The notes beneath the pieces are model-generated. The model did not search any database. It was given only the letters and a program-made list of their open reading frames with translations, and was not told where the DNA came from. Shown piece by piece: positions 49,925-63,417 of a stretch of 64,000 nt of DNA (its first letter is position 1; each line of letters opens with the position of its first letter). The translations under genes were made by a program, and so were the position numbers. Source of the stretch: Camelus dromedarius (lineage: Eukaryota); assembly GCF_036321535.1 (NCBI RefSeq), contig NC_087437.1, positions 48,672,001-48,736,000 of the forward strand, in the 5' to 3' direction.

Positions 49925-51189
49925 TAATACCTAGGCAAGTATGAGTTTTCCTGCACAGACTCTCCTCTCAGCGAAACTTAGTCGTGGATGAAACAATTGG
50001 CAAGTCTGAGAAGAAAGATCATCGTGAGGCTTTCCAAGGAAGGGCAGGGAGAGGGAAGGAGGTTTAAATGTGTGGAATTACTTTTTTAAAGTAATGGAAG
50101 CCAAATGCGCCTATAATTTTATGTTCTGTCACCCTAGCTTCAGTTACTGTAGCTTATATACCGATAATATCATACCACCTTCTGAAAAAAAAGTATTTAC
50201 ACACATAACCAGATAAGAGTTAAGGGTGTGTGAGATATATATATACACATATATAGTGTGTGTGTATGTATGAAATGCTATATATAGGGTTTATATATAT
50301 ATAAATATATATATTTATACTTTTATATGTATCAAGTTGTATACATTAATTATTTTAACATTGGGGAAGGGGACAAATAGAGAAGACTTTATAGTTTGGT
50401 GTTTTGGGGGGTTTTTTTACACTTTTGGCTTTGTATTAATACCCTGCATGTCTATCCTTTCTTTTTTTCTTTAAGTGCAGAAAGGGAGGAGTTTGTCTCC
50501 AACACTGAAATGAAGAACTGGAGACTGTCCTGTGCTCCCAGGCTTGGGTGGAGATACAACTGTGAACAGCCTGCAGCCAGGTCATTTTCTGACGCTAAGG
50601 GAAAGCTCTCGGAAAGCCAACTCCCTCCCCCTGTAAAGGCTCCCCTACAGAGCCGGGCCATCTGCCGCCCTAACCTGGGTTAGTTTAGCCTACGGGAACA
50701 GACCTGGCTGGAGCTTGGGACAGGGACCTAACTGCTTCTACTGCACAGCACTGCCCAAGGGCACTGCAGACCTCAGATTCTTTTCAGCGGGATGCCAGAG
50801 GAAGTAACCCGACCCACAAAATCTGTCCTGACCTTTTCTTGAAAACCAGCCTGGAGTTAGCAATATTCCTCCCCTCAAAATAGCTTTTAAAATGCTTGCG
50901 TAACAGAAAAAGGCAAGTGTGTTACAGAATAAAAACAATTTAAAGGAGAAATGACATAGGGCTGGCTTACCATTGTGTAAACTGGTTGCAGAGAGAGAAC
51001 TCCAATTTTCTTTCTTATGTATTTCACACATATTCAAGGGAGGGCCAGAAGGACATTACACAGACTATAGATTCCACTCATCATGGGCAGATACAGTGAG
51101 AAATTAAAGGTGTGTCTGCCTTGTTGCATCTGAATGCAACAAGTGGGCTCTTCCCTCTTCTGCTCTCTAATTTTCACAAGTTTCTCTTT

Positions 51190-51310
51190 AGCAGCTGAGG
51201 AAACTGAGCCAAGAGAAACAAAGTTAACCTTTCCAAGTCACACCGTCCAAATAGGTTTAAATCCCAAGTCTGTCAAAAGCAAAACCCATATACATTCTCC
51301 TTGACACACA
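51190..51310 (-). mobile_element. MIR fragment
   Basis: agctgaggaaactgagccaagaga...ccaagtcacac. Confidence 0.7.
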
Positions 51311-51649
51311 GTTTCTCCTAAAAGAACCTACTGCTTTATGGAAATAGAGTGATAATGATGATGATGATACAATTAAAAGTTATTTTGGCTAGTGTTTACA
51401 GCTAAACTAAGTAACTTATAGAACGGTCGAAGTGTCATTTTTTGCAGCAGAGATACAGAGCAGAAATCCCTAACACCCTAATACAAGACTGTCCATAGAA
51501 ACTGAAAAAAAAAAAAAAGTTCAGCAACTTTACCAAGTGTGAGGAAGAAAATATAGCAAATTATTTTTTTTAATAATGAAACTATTTTATTTCTGCCATG
51601 TAGAAATAAGCACTTTATTTATTTATTTTTTTGGGCTTTAACTAACTGC

Positions 51650-52690
51650 AACTTGTTTTTTGTTTTTTGTTTTAATTTTTAAAGGTTACTTTCCATTTAC
51701 AGTTACTACAAAATATTGGCTATATTCCCATGCTGTACAATAGATTCTTGAGCCTACCTTACACCCAATAATAGTACAATAGTTTGTACCTTTCACTCCC
51801 CCACCCCTGTATTGCCCTTCCCCTCCTCCCATCTGGTAACTACTAGTTTCTTCTCTATATCTATGAGTCTGTTTCTATTTTGTTTTATTCACTAGTTTGT
51901 TGTATTTTTTAGATTCCACATATAAATGATATCACATAATTTTTGTCTTTCTCTGTCTGGCTTATTTCACTTAACATAATGCCCTCCAAGTCTAACCATG
52001 TTCTGCAAATGGCAAAATTTAATTCTTTTTATGGCTGAGTAGTATTCCATTTAAATATATATACCACGTCTTCTTCATCCATTCATCTGCTAATGGGCAT
52101 TTAGTTTGCTTCCATATCTTGGCTATTGTAAATAATGCTGCTCTGAACATTGGGGTGCATGTGTCTTTTAGAGTTACTGTTTTTGTTTTTTTCAGATATA
52201 TACCCAGGAGTAGAATTGCTGGGTCATATGGTAGTTCTATTTTTACTTTTTTGAGAAAACTCCATATTGTTTTCCACAGTGGCTGCACGAATTTATACTC
52301 CCACTAACAGTGTGAGGGGGTTCCTTTTTCTCCACATCCTTGCCAACATTTGTTGTGTTCTTTTGAATGATAGCTATTCTAACAGGTGTGAGGTGGTATC
52401 TCACTGTGGTTTTGATTTGCATTTCCTTGATGATTAATGAGGTTGAGCATCTTTTAATGTGCTTGTTGGCCATCTGCATGTCCTCTTTGGAAAAATGTCT
52501 ATTCATCCTTCTGCCCATTCTTCAGTCAGGTTGTTTGTTTTTGATGATGAGTTGTATGAGTTGTTTATGTATGTTGGATAGTAACCCCTTATCAGTCATA
52601 TCATTTGCAAATATTTTCTCCCATTCGGCAGGTTGTCTTTTCATTTTGTTGAAGGTTTCCTTTGCAAAAGTTTGTAAGTTTAATATTTTG
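51650..52690 (-). mobile_element. L1 3' fragment with frameshifted ORF2 C-terminus, same family as 9732-10424
   Basis: ORF-track peptides [43 protein letters not shown] and [24 protein letters not shown] are canonical L1 ORF2p, split across frames. Confidence 0.93.
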
Positions 52691-52779
52691 ATTTGTTTTT
52701 GTCTAGCCTTTTTTAAATGTGTGTGTTTTACTTACTCAAAACTAGACTTACACTGTATTAAATGATTTTTATCCTTGCT

Positions 52780-53170
52780 TTAAAATGTTTAAAATGTAGC
52801 TTAGGCAAAAATAATGAGAATAACCAAAATATCCTTAAACAAATGATAGTACCAAAATGGAATCTAAGTAGCTCTTTAAAATAATAAAATAGATCCATAT
52901 GACCTGTGTTGGAAAGCTGTCTAGGATGTATCATACAGTGAAAAAGCAAAAGGCAAAACAATATGGAAACTATGATTCCATTAGAACCAAAATCTAAACA
53001 TACATGGTCACATGTATTCATGAGTAAGCGTATATGTATTCTCTCCTCATATATGTTTGTGTGAACATAAGAAAAAGACTGGAATAGTGGTTGTCTCTGG
53101 AGTGGAAATAGAAAGGGAAAGAGGAACATTTTCACTAATTTTTTATATGCTCATTTAAACTTTTATAGTA
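52780..53170 (+). mobile_element. Old L1ME 3' end
   Basis: acagtgaaaaagcaaaaggcaaaacaatat...gaaaaagactggaatagtggttgtctctgg. Confidence 0.7.
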
Positions 53171-53179
53171 AATATGTCT

Positions 53180-53345
53180 ATTGTGGATGGAATGTATGTC
53201 CCCCCCAAAATACATATGTTGAAACCCTAATTCCCAGTGTGGCTGTATTTGGAGTAAGGAAGTAATTAAGATTAAATAACGTCATGGAATGGGGCCCTAA
53301 CCCAATAGGATTAGCGTCCTTATAATAAGAGGCACCAGAGAGCTC
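53180..53345 (+). mobile_element. MaLR LTR 5' part (MLT1A/B-like)
   Basis: gaatgtatgtccccccaaaatacatatgttgaaaccctaattcccagtgtggctgtatttggag...ccttataataagagg. Confidence 0.85.
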
Positions 53346-53484
53346 ATTCTCTCTCTTTCTCTCTGTCCCTCTCTCCCTTCTATCTCTCACTCTCTCTCCA
53401 CATTTCTCTCTCCCCTTAGCTCTCTCTGCCTCTACCTCTCTCCCTCTCTTCTCCCCCTCCTCACCTCCCACTTCTCTCTCCCTT
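53345..53484. repeat. CT-rich polypyrimidine tract
   Basis: About 140 nt of degenerate (CT)n. Confidence 0.9.
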
Positions 53485-53489
53485 AGGAG

Positions 53490-53796
53490 AGGTTGTATGC
53501 TGGTTCAGGATTAGAGTGGGCCAAAGTTCAGGGTTCTGGAAGATAGAAAAAAGAGTAACCAAAGTTTGGTTAACAAGTATTTTGTTCCACCTGATCAACT
53601 GGAACAAGCAATTTAACTGATCATTTATGAGAGAAAGAAAAGGAATTGCGAGGGTCTATGTCGGGCTTTGTTGCGTTTAAACAAGGGAGGAATCTTTGAG
53701 TCTTCTTAAGTCATTTTTCAGAGCACAAAAGACAAGATTTCTTAACCTTCACTGTTTTCCAGGATCAGAGGGCTCAGGTAAAATTTAACATTGTCA
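53490..53796 (-). mobile_element. ERV-class LTR fragment (family uncertain)
   Basis: Reverse complement begins TGACAATGTTAAATTTTACCTGAGCCC..., an LTR-like TG terminus resembling MER-series ERV1 LTRs. Confidence 0.5.
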
Positions 53797-53859
53797 ATTT
53801 CTGCAAATGAGGTTAAAAATAGCTACCATTCCACTCCTTGAGAAATTACTGGTATCCTT

Positions 53860-54440
53860 AGTATTATGCTGGGCATAGTCCATAAATATTTTTATAACTT
53901 TCATAAAATTAATTTAATTCATAACAGCCCCCTGAAGTAAATGCTACTGCCCCCATTTTTACAAATAGGAACCAGGCTCATGGAAAGTAACATTCTCAAG
54001 GTTACAGGACTAGTAAGTGGATGCAGCAGGTACTCAAGCCAGGTCTTTGTAATTGACTCAGTGCCCTACACCCCACTGCCTTCATGAAATTACATGGAAA
54101 GTGTTTGTAACTGGAAAGTTGGTGGATTCCTTGGTGATCTTTAAGGTGAATGTGGATTTAAACAAGTAACTTCTCTTGGAGTTTATACAGTCTGAGTGGA
54201 TGGTGACTTGGAGAAATGAAACTTTATATGGTAAAAAGAATACAGGTTTTCACATTGAATTACCTGGCTCTGAGTCCTAGCCGCATCATTTGCTCAATAA
54301 GACATTTTTGATAAATTGCTTAATTTAGTTGAGTCTCAGTTTCTCCACCTTTGCAAAATGGAGATGAAAACAGGATTATTTCAAGTTTTCTCTGATTTGA
54401 TCAGTATATTTAATGCTTTGCAAATTATAAAGCACCAGTA
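53860..54440. mobile_element. Two MIRs (- about 53860-54080; + about 54220-54440)
   Basis: ccccatttttacaaataggaaccaggctca; gagtctcagtttctccacctttgcaaaatggagatg. Confidence 0.8.
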
Positions 54441-55429
54441 CCAAGTTAGCTGACCTTCATTGTCCTTCCTATTCGTATCAGCCAGCCAAATTTAAGATGC
54501 CGCTATTAAGAAGATAGGACTCATCCAAGTTGGCTAGAACGTTTTATAGAGTTGTTGACATGTTAAGTTGAAGCAGTTATTTACTTCTAAGATAAATATG
54601 TAGAACATTTCTAACAGAAGAATGATCCAGGGCTAATAATTTAAACCTGACAGGGTCATCTGGGATCGTGGTGCTTCATATGCAGAAGATGTGTTAAACA
54701 ATCAATTGAAAAGAAACAGGGAAACTCATAGAGTACTTGACCAATAACACTGTGTATAAAATCTAGGAGTGCTTAACCGAGATAGTGAAAAGATACACTT
54801 GCAATCATAATATAGCAATGCACTCAATCCTCATTATACAGTGCTGCCTACAAATGCTGTTAGAGTTTTTTCTAACTCTGTTTCCATTATAATAAAACCC
54901 TGCTTTTAAGGATTTATAATTCAGCCAAAATAATTTGCTACAGGAGTGTTTCAAAAGACCTTTTTTTATAACCCTTTGAATAAAACCCCAACATCAGAAA
55001 TTCTAAACAATAAAGACCCTGCTACTTCTAAAGCAGTTGTTGTTGGATGAGTGTTAAATTTTTGGTCACGTGGGCTTTACTTCTATTATATGAAGTTCTT
55101 CTAGATCACATCTTACTTTAGTTAATAGGCATTAATAGGAAATGGAGAGCTTCAAAACAAGTTTCTTTGGTATACTTTTTATTAAGAGAATGAACAGAAA
55201 AGGCATTTGAATATAAAGAGAAGAAGTTAATGCATGGTTGCTAGGATTTTCCTGGTCCACTTAGTCCAGCCCTGATAATTTAGATTTTACAAAATATATT
55301 TTAATTTGTCTAAACCATACTAAAAGCTATGTGCCTAGGGAAGTTTATTAAAATTTTAAAGGTACTAAGGGGATAATGGAAAATACTATAATAGAAAAAT
55401 CACTTAATCTAGGATTTCTAAATTTTGCT

Positions 55430-55935
55430 CCAAGGAACACCAGATGTTAATAGTTGGCCTACCCTGAAACAAAACAAACTGAACAAAATAAACAATAAAA
55501 TGAATCCAGTGAATTGTATATATTTGGAATATTTCACACACACAAAAAAAGCCCTCCTTGGAAATTCACAAAGTAACTTTAGCATACTAAACATTCTGAA
55601 AAATATATTTAAACCTATTTAATATATTTAACCCAGTGTGGGCCACATTTATTTTTACCCAATGGCTCCCTTCCACAATCAATCACTGTTAATTACCAAA
55701 AAAAACCCCATAAAGAAACAGTGATTCAATCCACAGAGCAGTTTCTCTTCATATAGCAAGAGACCATGGCTAGAATCCCTTGTTAAAAAAACAGATTTCA
55801 GGGTCCCAACCTCAGACTTACTAACTCAGACTCTGCAGAGTTCAAGCCCATCTTCTGCATTTTGACAGCCTACTCCTGCCCCCATCCCCAGCCCTGGGAT
55901 TATTATGCGCTCTAAAGTTTAACAGCCACTGAGAC
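55430..55935. mobile_element. MER103C-like fragment (about 55430-55700) followed by MER5A (about 55739-55931)
   Basis: ctccttggaaattcacaaag...atttaacccagtg; cttgttaaaaaaacagatttcagggtcccaacctcagacttactaactcagactctg...taaagtttaacagccactg. Confidence 0.7.
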
Positions 55936-56199
55936 GGTGTCCAATAGGATATCCCAAGGATGTAAAATTGCCAGGTGTTGTTCATCTGGGGTAGAATAGA
56001 TACATTATTTTTAGAGGTTGACATACCTTTTATTTGGAATCAATCTCATTATAGAGGATATGATTGGACAGGCAATGCAGTTAAATTAGTGTAACTAAAA
56101 AGGCATATGTGTAAGATGGCTTTACAATAATACAGAAAGCCTCTTATTGAGAATCTGTTATCAGTCATGGTACTGAAAACTCCAGGATTAGAAATTCTA

Positions 56200-56900
56200 T
56201 TGTTCTTGGAAGTATAAATTCACAATTTTTTTCAAAAGCAATTTTACGTTAGATATCAAGAACTTAAAAGATACGAATACCCTTTAACTCAGTGATTCCA
56301 CTTCTGGGAAAAAAAATTAAATTCAGAAAAATAAACTTTGTACAAAGATGTTCACTACAAAACTTATGATAGGGAAATATTGGAAACAATCTCACCCTCT
56401 GACAGTGTGTAAATAAATTTGCATGTATTCATATAATGCTATATTAGGTAATTTATATCAAAGTTTATAATAACATGAAAAGTATTTCAAAATGCTAATT
56501 TGAAAAGCAAGATAGCATCCAGGAATTGAAATTAGAGAAAGAAGGGAAAGAGGTAAAGAACCTTTTACTTTTAAATTGTTAGAATTTTTTACAAACAATA
56601 TGTATCATTTTGACAGTTTTTTTAAGTAAAGTTAAAAATAGCCTTAATAATTTGAAAAAAATACACTAAAACTTAATACTACTTATATATAAGGAATTAG
56701 ATTTGAGGTAATTTTAATTTTCTTCTTCAGTTTTATGTATTTTCTAAATTATTTCTTATAAATATGTATTTCCTTTATAATCATAATCTGAACATTATTC
56801 TTTTTAAAATTCCACTAGCTTAAGGCAGGCACTCTCATACATTGCAAGTGGGAATATAAATTGTCACAAGACTTTCTGAAAGTATTTTGACATGAATATA
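56200..56900 (+). mobile_element. Old L1ME fragments
   Basis: ccctttaactcagtgattccacttctggga; tacaaagatgttcactaca; cactctcatacattgcaagtgggaatataaattg. Confidence 0.7.
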
Positions 56901-56979
56901 GATTCTTTTTGTAATCATAATACAAATTTTATTTTCAAAAAATTCACCAGGAAGCGTTCAGCAGAGAAGTAACATTGTC

Positions 56980-57420
56980 CAGTATATTAAGTAGTAATTT
57001 GCCCTCTATAAGAGCTAATACATTTTGGAATTTCTTCCAGATAAATGCAAATGTAAAACTGGACACAGTTTCTAAAACTGTAAAGTTTGGAGGAGGGACC
57101 CATAGAGCTGGGACTTAAACCTGTGAGGAGGGGACTGGTTCTAAAAAACCCTGCAAACTAGGACCGCGTATTCCTTCAGAAACCAATTGCTGCCAGAACC
57201 AAATGACAGGAACAAGAAGTAAAAGCTGAACAGGAAGCTGACCAAAAAGCCTCTAGTCCGTTTTTCCTCCTTAAGCCTTTTTGTCTTCCTCTAGCACCTC
57301 CTACTGGCAGAGCATTCCAGGAAAGTAGAAACATGATTGCAGAGTCCCAGCCCTAGCATCGCACATAGTAAAGAAGAGTGGATTTGAAGCTAAATGGCAA
57401 CAGCTTAGTAATTAGTACAC
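56980..57420 (-). mobile_element. ERVL LTR (LTR41/LTR33-like)
   Basis: gcagagtcccagccctagcatc...ggatttgaagctaaatggcaacagcttagtaattagtaca resembles the antisense 5' end of this group. Confidence 0.6.
57292..57310 (-). promoter_or_regulatory. CTCF-like motif inside the LTR
   Basis: Minus strand CTGCCAGTAGGAGGTGCTA versus consensus TGGCCACCAGGGGGCGCTA. Confidence 0.45.
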
Positions 57421-57589
57421 ACAACATGTTATTATGTGAAACAAGCAACTTGCAAATGATTCAAACTCTAAATCACGTTCACCTCCTTGTCCGAGGATTC
57501 CAAGAATCAATGATTGCCTCCCTTCCCCAGACCCCTATATCTTTTCCTGTTTTTTTTAAACACAATGAAATAATTACTGTGTTTTTCAA

Positions 57590-57850
57590 AATATATTTGA
57601 TAGCTTTAGCCAATTTTTAAAAAGTAAAAAAGAGGTGCAATTAATAATAGACACCGTTCAACACAATATGCCCAAAATATTAAAATGTCAACGTATAACA
57701 TATAATGAAATATTCTACACTTTTTCTTGCACTAAGTCTTTAGAATCCAGTCTGTATTTTATACTTATACCACATCTTAATTCAGTATAACCATATTTCA
57801 AGTGCTTAAAATCCACATGCTGTTAGTGACATCACTGGACAGCATAGTTC
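57590..57850. mobile_element. MER33-like hAT-Charlie element
   Basis: cactaagtctttagaatccagtctgtattttatacttataccacatcttaattcag...catatttcaagtgctt...ctggacagcatag. Confidence 0.75.
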
Positions 57851-58025
57851 TAGAGAATAAGCTTTGTCCAACCAAAAAATAACTGAGAAAATATAAGCCC
57901 AAATAAGTGTGTGTGTGTATGTATATAACATGATTGTAGATTATTACAAATAAAAAATGAGGACAAAGAAGGAATAATGTATAAATAATTGATGTGACAA
58001 ACTAGAACTAATACAACTAAACAAC

Positions 58026-58263
58026 GGGGGGATAAACTAGGAGTTGAGGATTAACAGATACACACTATTATATATAGAATAGACAAATGACAAGGATCTA
58101 CTGTATAGCACAGGGAACTATATTTAATATCTTGTAATAACCTATAATGGAAAAGAGTCTGAAAAACTATATATATATATATCTGAATCACTTTACTGTA
58201 TACCTGAAAATAATATAACATTGTAAATCAACTATACTTCAATTAAAAAATAAAAATAAAAAA
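58026..58263 (+). mobile_element. Young, lineage-level L1 3' end (cetartiodactyl type)
   Basis: ggataaactaggagttgaggattaacagatacacacta...ctgtatagcacagggaactata...caactatacttcaattaaaaaa. Confidence 0.85.
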
Positions 58264-58269
58264 TATCAA

Positions 58270-59636
58270 CTGGAAAATGGATAAACAAATTGTGGTACAT
58301 CATACAATGTAATACCACTCACCAATAAAAAGGAACAAACCACTAATACATGTTACATGTATGAATTTCAGAAGTATTATGTTAACTGACAAAATTCAGA
58401 CACAAATGACTACATACTCTATGATTCCAACTATATGACATTCCAGAAAAGATAACACTATAGGTAAAGAACTCGGATCTGTGGAAGTTTGGGGTAAGGA
58501 GAGGGAATTGTGCAAAGAAGCATGAGGACATATTTGAGGATAAAATTTGTTTAAAATAAGGAAAAGGAAAAGACTAGAATAACTACTGTAGGGTTGGAAT
58601 GGAATTGGAGTATAAACTCATGTTTTTTTAATATATAGACAGATACAGCTGTGTGTGTGTGTGGGTGTAGTTGTGTGTGTGTGTGGAGGGGTGTGCACAT
58701 AGCTCCTAGGCCTGTGTGCTGAAAAGGTCCAGAGGCAATGACATCCCAGCACCAGTGAGAATTGTCAGCAAGTAAGGAAGTACTCAAAAAATGATGAAGT
58801 CATGTCAGAAGGGCAGGGGAGCCAACTTGAAGAGATTCCCAATAGCCAAATCTGCTACAATTTGAGTAACAAAATAGTGACAATACTGGATTAGAATCCC
58901 CCAAATAAAATGATTATTGAGTCCATGCTGAAATAAATAGTTGAATTAATAAATAAATGAGGAGAAGGAAAAGCTATTTCTTATAGTAGTTTTCCACTAA
59001 TAAATGCTAAAGGAAAATGGAAATGGAAAACTACCATTTGGCAAAGACCACAGTAATAATTGTTTCAGGCAAGAATCTTTAATGTATGCTAAAATTCATG
59101 GCCAAATTTGTGATGAAAAACAGCTGATTTGTGTAGTCTTAAAATGTCTTCCTATAAGAGATTTATTAATTACAAAGGGGAAAATCTTACATTCACAGGA
59201 GAGAAAAGCTGGAAGACACCACCTTGACCAAGAGATCAGTGCTAGCTCTACTAGCCAGAGGTTCAAAATGGTATCAGCACCTCCTACTATGATGTACTAC
59301 AAAGCGCCAACACCGCTTTTGTGGTATTCTTGTCAAAAATGCATAATCTGAGTTTAATAGTGAGGAAAAATACCAGACAAAACAAAATTGAAGAACCTTC
59401 TACAAAATAACTAGCCCATTTTCTTCAAAAGTGGCCAGGACATGAAAGACTAAGAATGATGAACTGTTCCAGAATAAAAGAGATGAAAGAGACATGACAA
59501 GTGAATGCAATATGTGACCCTGTTGCAGAGAGAGGACGTTAGTGGAACAGTTGGTGATACTTTATTAGGTTTTTAGTTTAAGTTATAGTGCTATAGCAAT
59601 TTTAATGTCCTGATTTTGAAAACTGTACAGTGGTTG
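58270..59636 (+). mobile_element. L1MC-type 3' region
   Basis: aatggataaacaaattgtggtacatc; agaggcaatgacatcccagcaccagtgag; gaactgttccagaataaaagagatgaaagagacatgacaagtgaatgcaa. Confidence 0.8.
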
Positions 59637-59637
59637 T

Positions 59638-60040
59638 TGTTGAGAGATAATTCTCCATGTCTTTTGAACAGAGGCACTGACTACCTTTGTTTCAAACTGT
59701 CTTTTCAGGAATGTTTATATGACCAACAGCCTTGGAAGATAGAGATAGTATCTCCCTTTAGATCAAAGGTCAGGTGTACTTACTGTCCACTATAAAAGAT
59801 GCAGTTTCCCTAAATTCAAGGTTCCTTTCTTGTAATGCAACCCACTACATGTGTGGGCATCCATCTAACCTGCTCTCTTCACATAACCCAGTGGGAACTG
59901 GGGTACGGGGTACGGGAAACCTACACAAGTGTTGATACTCTGGCTATTGCTACTGCTGTCAGTAATAAACTGTGCTTCATTTCTGACCCAAGGGTCTCAT
60001 GTTTTTTGGGTTTTTTTTTACTAGCACCAAAATGTGGCAG
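59638..60040 (+). mobile_element. ERV LTR (MER77/MER21-group-like)
   Basis: tgttgagagataattctccatg...aacagccttggaagatagagatagtatctccc...tataaaaga...gtaataaa...tctgacccaagggtctcatgt, with TATA and polyA signals. Confidence 0.7.
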
Positions 60041-60059
60041 GTTAGAGGAACTTCAGGTA

Positions 60060-60320
60060 GACTTTAGGAGCTGAGACAGCCTCCAGCTCATAACCAGCAA
60101 GAAAACAGTGACCTCAGTCCTACAACCATATGAGCCTGAATTCTGCCAACAATTTGTCTTGGAAGAGAATCCTGACTTTCAGAAAGGAACACAGCCCAGG
60201 TGACACATTGATCTTAGGCCTGTAAGACTCTGAGTATAGGACCTGGCTAAGCCATAAAATTTTTTTTTAATGCTACTAAATACATGGCTATTTGTACACA
60301 GCAGTAGAAAATTAATACAC
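60060..60320 (+). mobile_element. MaLR LTR 3' half (MLT1D/E-like)
   Basis: ccagcaagaaaacagtgacctcagtcctacaacc...ctgaattctgccaacaa...acagcagtagaaaattaataca. Confidence 0.85.
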
Positions 60321-62357
60321 TATGAAACTGATCTCTACTTTGATGTCAAGATCCTTAAGAACCTACTACTGTAGCATGTTTTAGAAGAAACACTTTCTTC
60401 TGCACTTTAGCAGTTAAGGAACCTCAGTCCTCTACAATGTGTTTGAGGCAAAATTAAGTCTTCGAAAATATTCCATGAGCAATAAAGTTATATGCTCTCC
60501 ATAATAAGTAAGTCTCAGTAATTATACTTTCTCATCCACTACTTCACAGAGAAGGAACAATGACTTTCTTCATTTTGTTTATTTGTATGAGCATGTATTA
60601 CTTATTGAAAAATAATTCTCAGTAGCTGGGGAATAATGAAAATTGCATTAGCAAAAGAAAGGGGACCAAATCTATTGAGATGCTGCTTTGATAGCCCACT
60701 TCTGGCTAAATTAAGCCACAGATGGCTCCCAGTTTTCATGGGAAGACGGCATTTTTCATGGAAAGAAAGAAACTGCTCTGAAAAATAAAATGGTGGGAAA
60801 GAAGAAGCAGAATTAAGCGGTTCTTGGGAGTAGATCAGAGCAGTAAATGGGACAGAAAGGAAGAGGTACCTGGTGACTAGAAGCTGGGAGGAGATTCCCG
60901 GGAGAAGAAATGACTTATGGGGATTTTTCTGAAGAAATGCTGACTTTTTGCATGTGAAACCCCTTTTTGTACCCACGAGTCTTCAGTAAAAAAGTGAACA
61001 TTTTTCTAACTGGGCTCAGTTGGATTTCTTGTGAATGCGTAAGTTTAGCCCCTCACAAAAACAGAGTCAGTCTTTGTGGATGAATGGGGTTCATCAACAT
61101 CTGGCTTTTGTTTCAAGGTTTCAGATGAAAAGATCCTGCTGTGTACAGCTGTTGAAGTTGGCCCAAGATTTTTACCAAATGTAATGCTAAAGATGATAAC
61201 AATTTTGAAAAATGATAGCCTTTTATCCTCTTTTATATCGGCTTTATTTTATGAGAGAAATACAAGTAGAGAAGATATTCTCAACCTAGGGAACCCCTTA
61301 GTTTTCTAATGTTTATTGTGGTGATAAAAATGAAGATTTGGAAGTAGGAGAAATTGCAAAGAGTGGCCCTACAACTGAAACTGTTAAAAAAAAAAAAACG
61401 AGTCCACATTCAACAAATTTTATTTTAAATGTAGTTATTTTTCTTTTTTTCCCCATGCACTCACTTCTTGGAAAATAAGTCATTTCCATATCTGCTTGAT
61501 ACCAAGTCCTGAACACATAATTACTTTCTTCTGTTTTACCAAAATAATGATAGTCTCTTTAATTCTCAAGTTTTTCCTTGCTTCATTTGTAAAAATAACT
61601 TAATTAATTAAAACCTGTAGTGGGTAACTTTAATTAGTAAACCTGTAATTACTATTTTTTTGTAATTACCATTTAAACGAACTATACTTTTACTCTTCCA
61701 AAATAAACATTTTGTATTAAATCGAGTTTTGTGCAAAACAGCATGATATCTGTGTGTATTAAGCCTATGTGTCCTTTCCTTTGAAGCATGTCTTGCATAA
61801 TTTCAGTTCTATCTGTCCCGTCCCCCTCTCCTTGCGGTGAAGAAATCTTTTTCTTTGAAGATTAAAATTTCCCCCAGATCCTATAGTGCTTCATATTCCC
61901 ATCCCTCTCAACCTCACTCTACCCTCTCCTTCTCTCCAAATACTCAGTCTTCTTGAAGTATGCCCACAAAGTCAAGACGTAGTATCTGGCTGACAGCTAA
62001 GAAAGAAAAAAATGTAAAGCCCCAAGTACATGGCACCCTGGGGTAACAGTTTCTCACCACTGCCTCTCGAAGTCTAGATTTCTTCTTTAAACTAAGATTT
62101 CTGTAACAGTTAAAACCTGTTAAAACTGATTATAATTTAAAAAAAAAATCTGAATTTAAAACATAGTTTTAGATGAAAAAATTGAGACTTTCATTTAGAA
62201 GTCATAAATATTTCTGTTTATGAGACCTTCATAGAGTGGTAGTTGTAAATATCTCTGTTTATAGATGAAAAAATAAAAAATATAGAGTGGGTAATGGACT
62301 TAACCAAAATTTTGCACTCTGTAAATTTGAGAGTTTTTACTTTCTACAGACATTTAC

Positions 62358-62376
62358 TAGTGCCCTCTGGTGACAA
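62358..62376 (-). promoter_or_regulatory. Strong CTCF motif
   Basis: Minus strand TTGTCACCAGAGGGCACTA is close to the consensus core. Confidence 0.6.
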
Positions 62377-63417
62377 CATGGATAAGAAAAGATACTGTGA
62401 CACGGGCCTCACTTACAATGTTTTTCTTTTGAAAATGAAAATTAAGACTATTTCGATAAACATGAAACAGCCTTCACTTTTTCTGCTCTGGTACCACTGA
62501 ATAAGTTGATATGATTTTTTTTCATTCTTTTCTATCTCTCATAATTCTGAATATTGAATAATCAGCTTGGAAATGGCGCAGTGATACCATTTCAGCTTTT
62601 CGTTTCTTTTTCAGCTTTTCACTTTCTCATTTCATTTATGAGGAGAGGAAAGGACAGGAGGGCATGCGTGTTGCTCATTTTTATCCTTGCTGTCTGCACC
62701 GCAGAACGCCCAACTGATCCCAGGCTGCCTCCATCTGAATCAAGTGTCTCTTTGAAAGGGACCCCTGCTCCACACCCTAGAGTCCAAGCTAGATCTTGTC
62801 TAACTGCAACTAAAACAGCAACAAGGAAGAAAATGCCTTAGATTCGCCATACATAAGCAGTGTTGAGCAGTCTGAGGGAAACATTATATAAAGGATTCTC
62901 ATTTATTTGTATTCCTCTGAATTTTTGTTTTAAGATCCAGAGACCCCAATAAATGGTTAGGAAAGTCAATGAACATTTAAGGGAAAAAAATTCCTTGCCA
63001 GTGTAATTCTGTTGAAAACAACAATTTTATCCATCTACTTCAGTGAGGGAACAAAAATAAGATGGTGGCCTAGAATCTTAAGCAGAGGAAAAATTAAAGA
63101 ACTGTAATGGCCACTCATGAGAGAAACCTCTTTTCAAATGGTACTGGTGTCCTTTTTTCTCTCTGGCAACTAGTAGTATTCCATAAATAACTGGCCTGCT
63201 AGTAAGAGTCACATACTTTCTGTGTGCCAAGTGGGCCTGCCAGTCTGCTTCTGTCTGATTCATCTGCTGAACTTAACTTGTGGTCTGATTTTCCTTAGGA
63301 TTAAAACAGAGTAGAGAGATGGGAGAATACTGGGAACATAAAATAGTTTTTGTTCGTTTCAGCTTTACGTTTGTTTAAAATCTGCCATAGACTTTCTTAT
63401 ACTCAGAGGATCAATGT

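Noticed and set aside
51120..51143. Hairpin CTTGTTGCAT-ctga-ATGCAACAAG
   Set aside because: 10-bp stem; spacing does not fit an RFX X-box; no other support.
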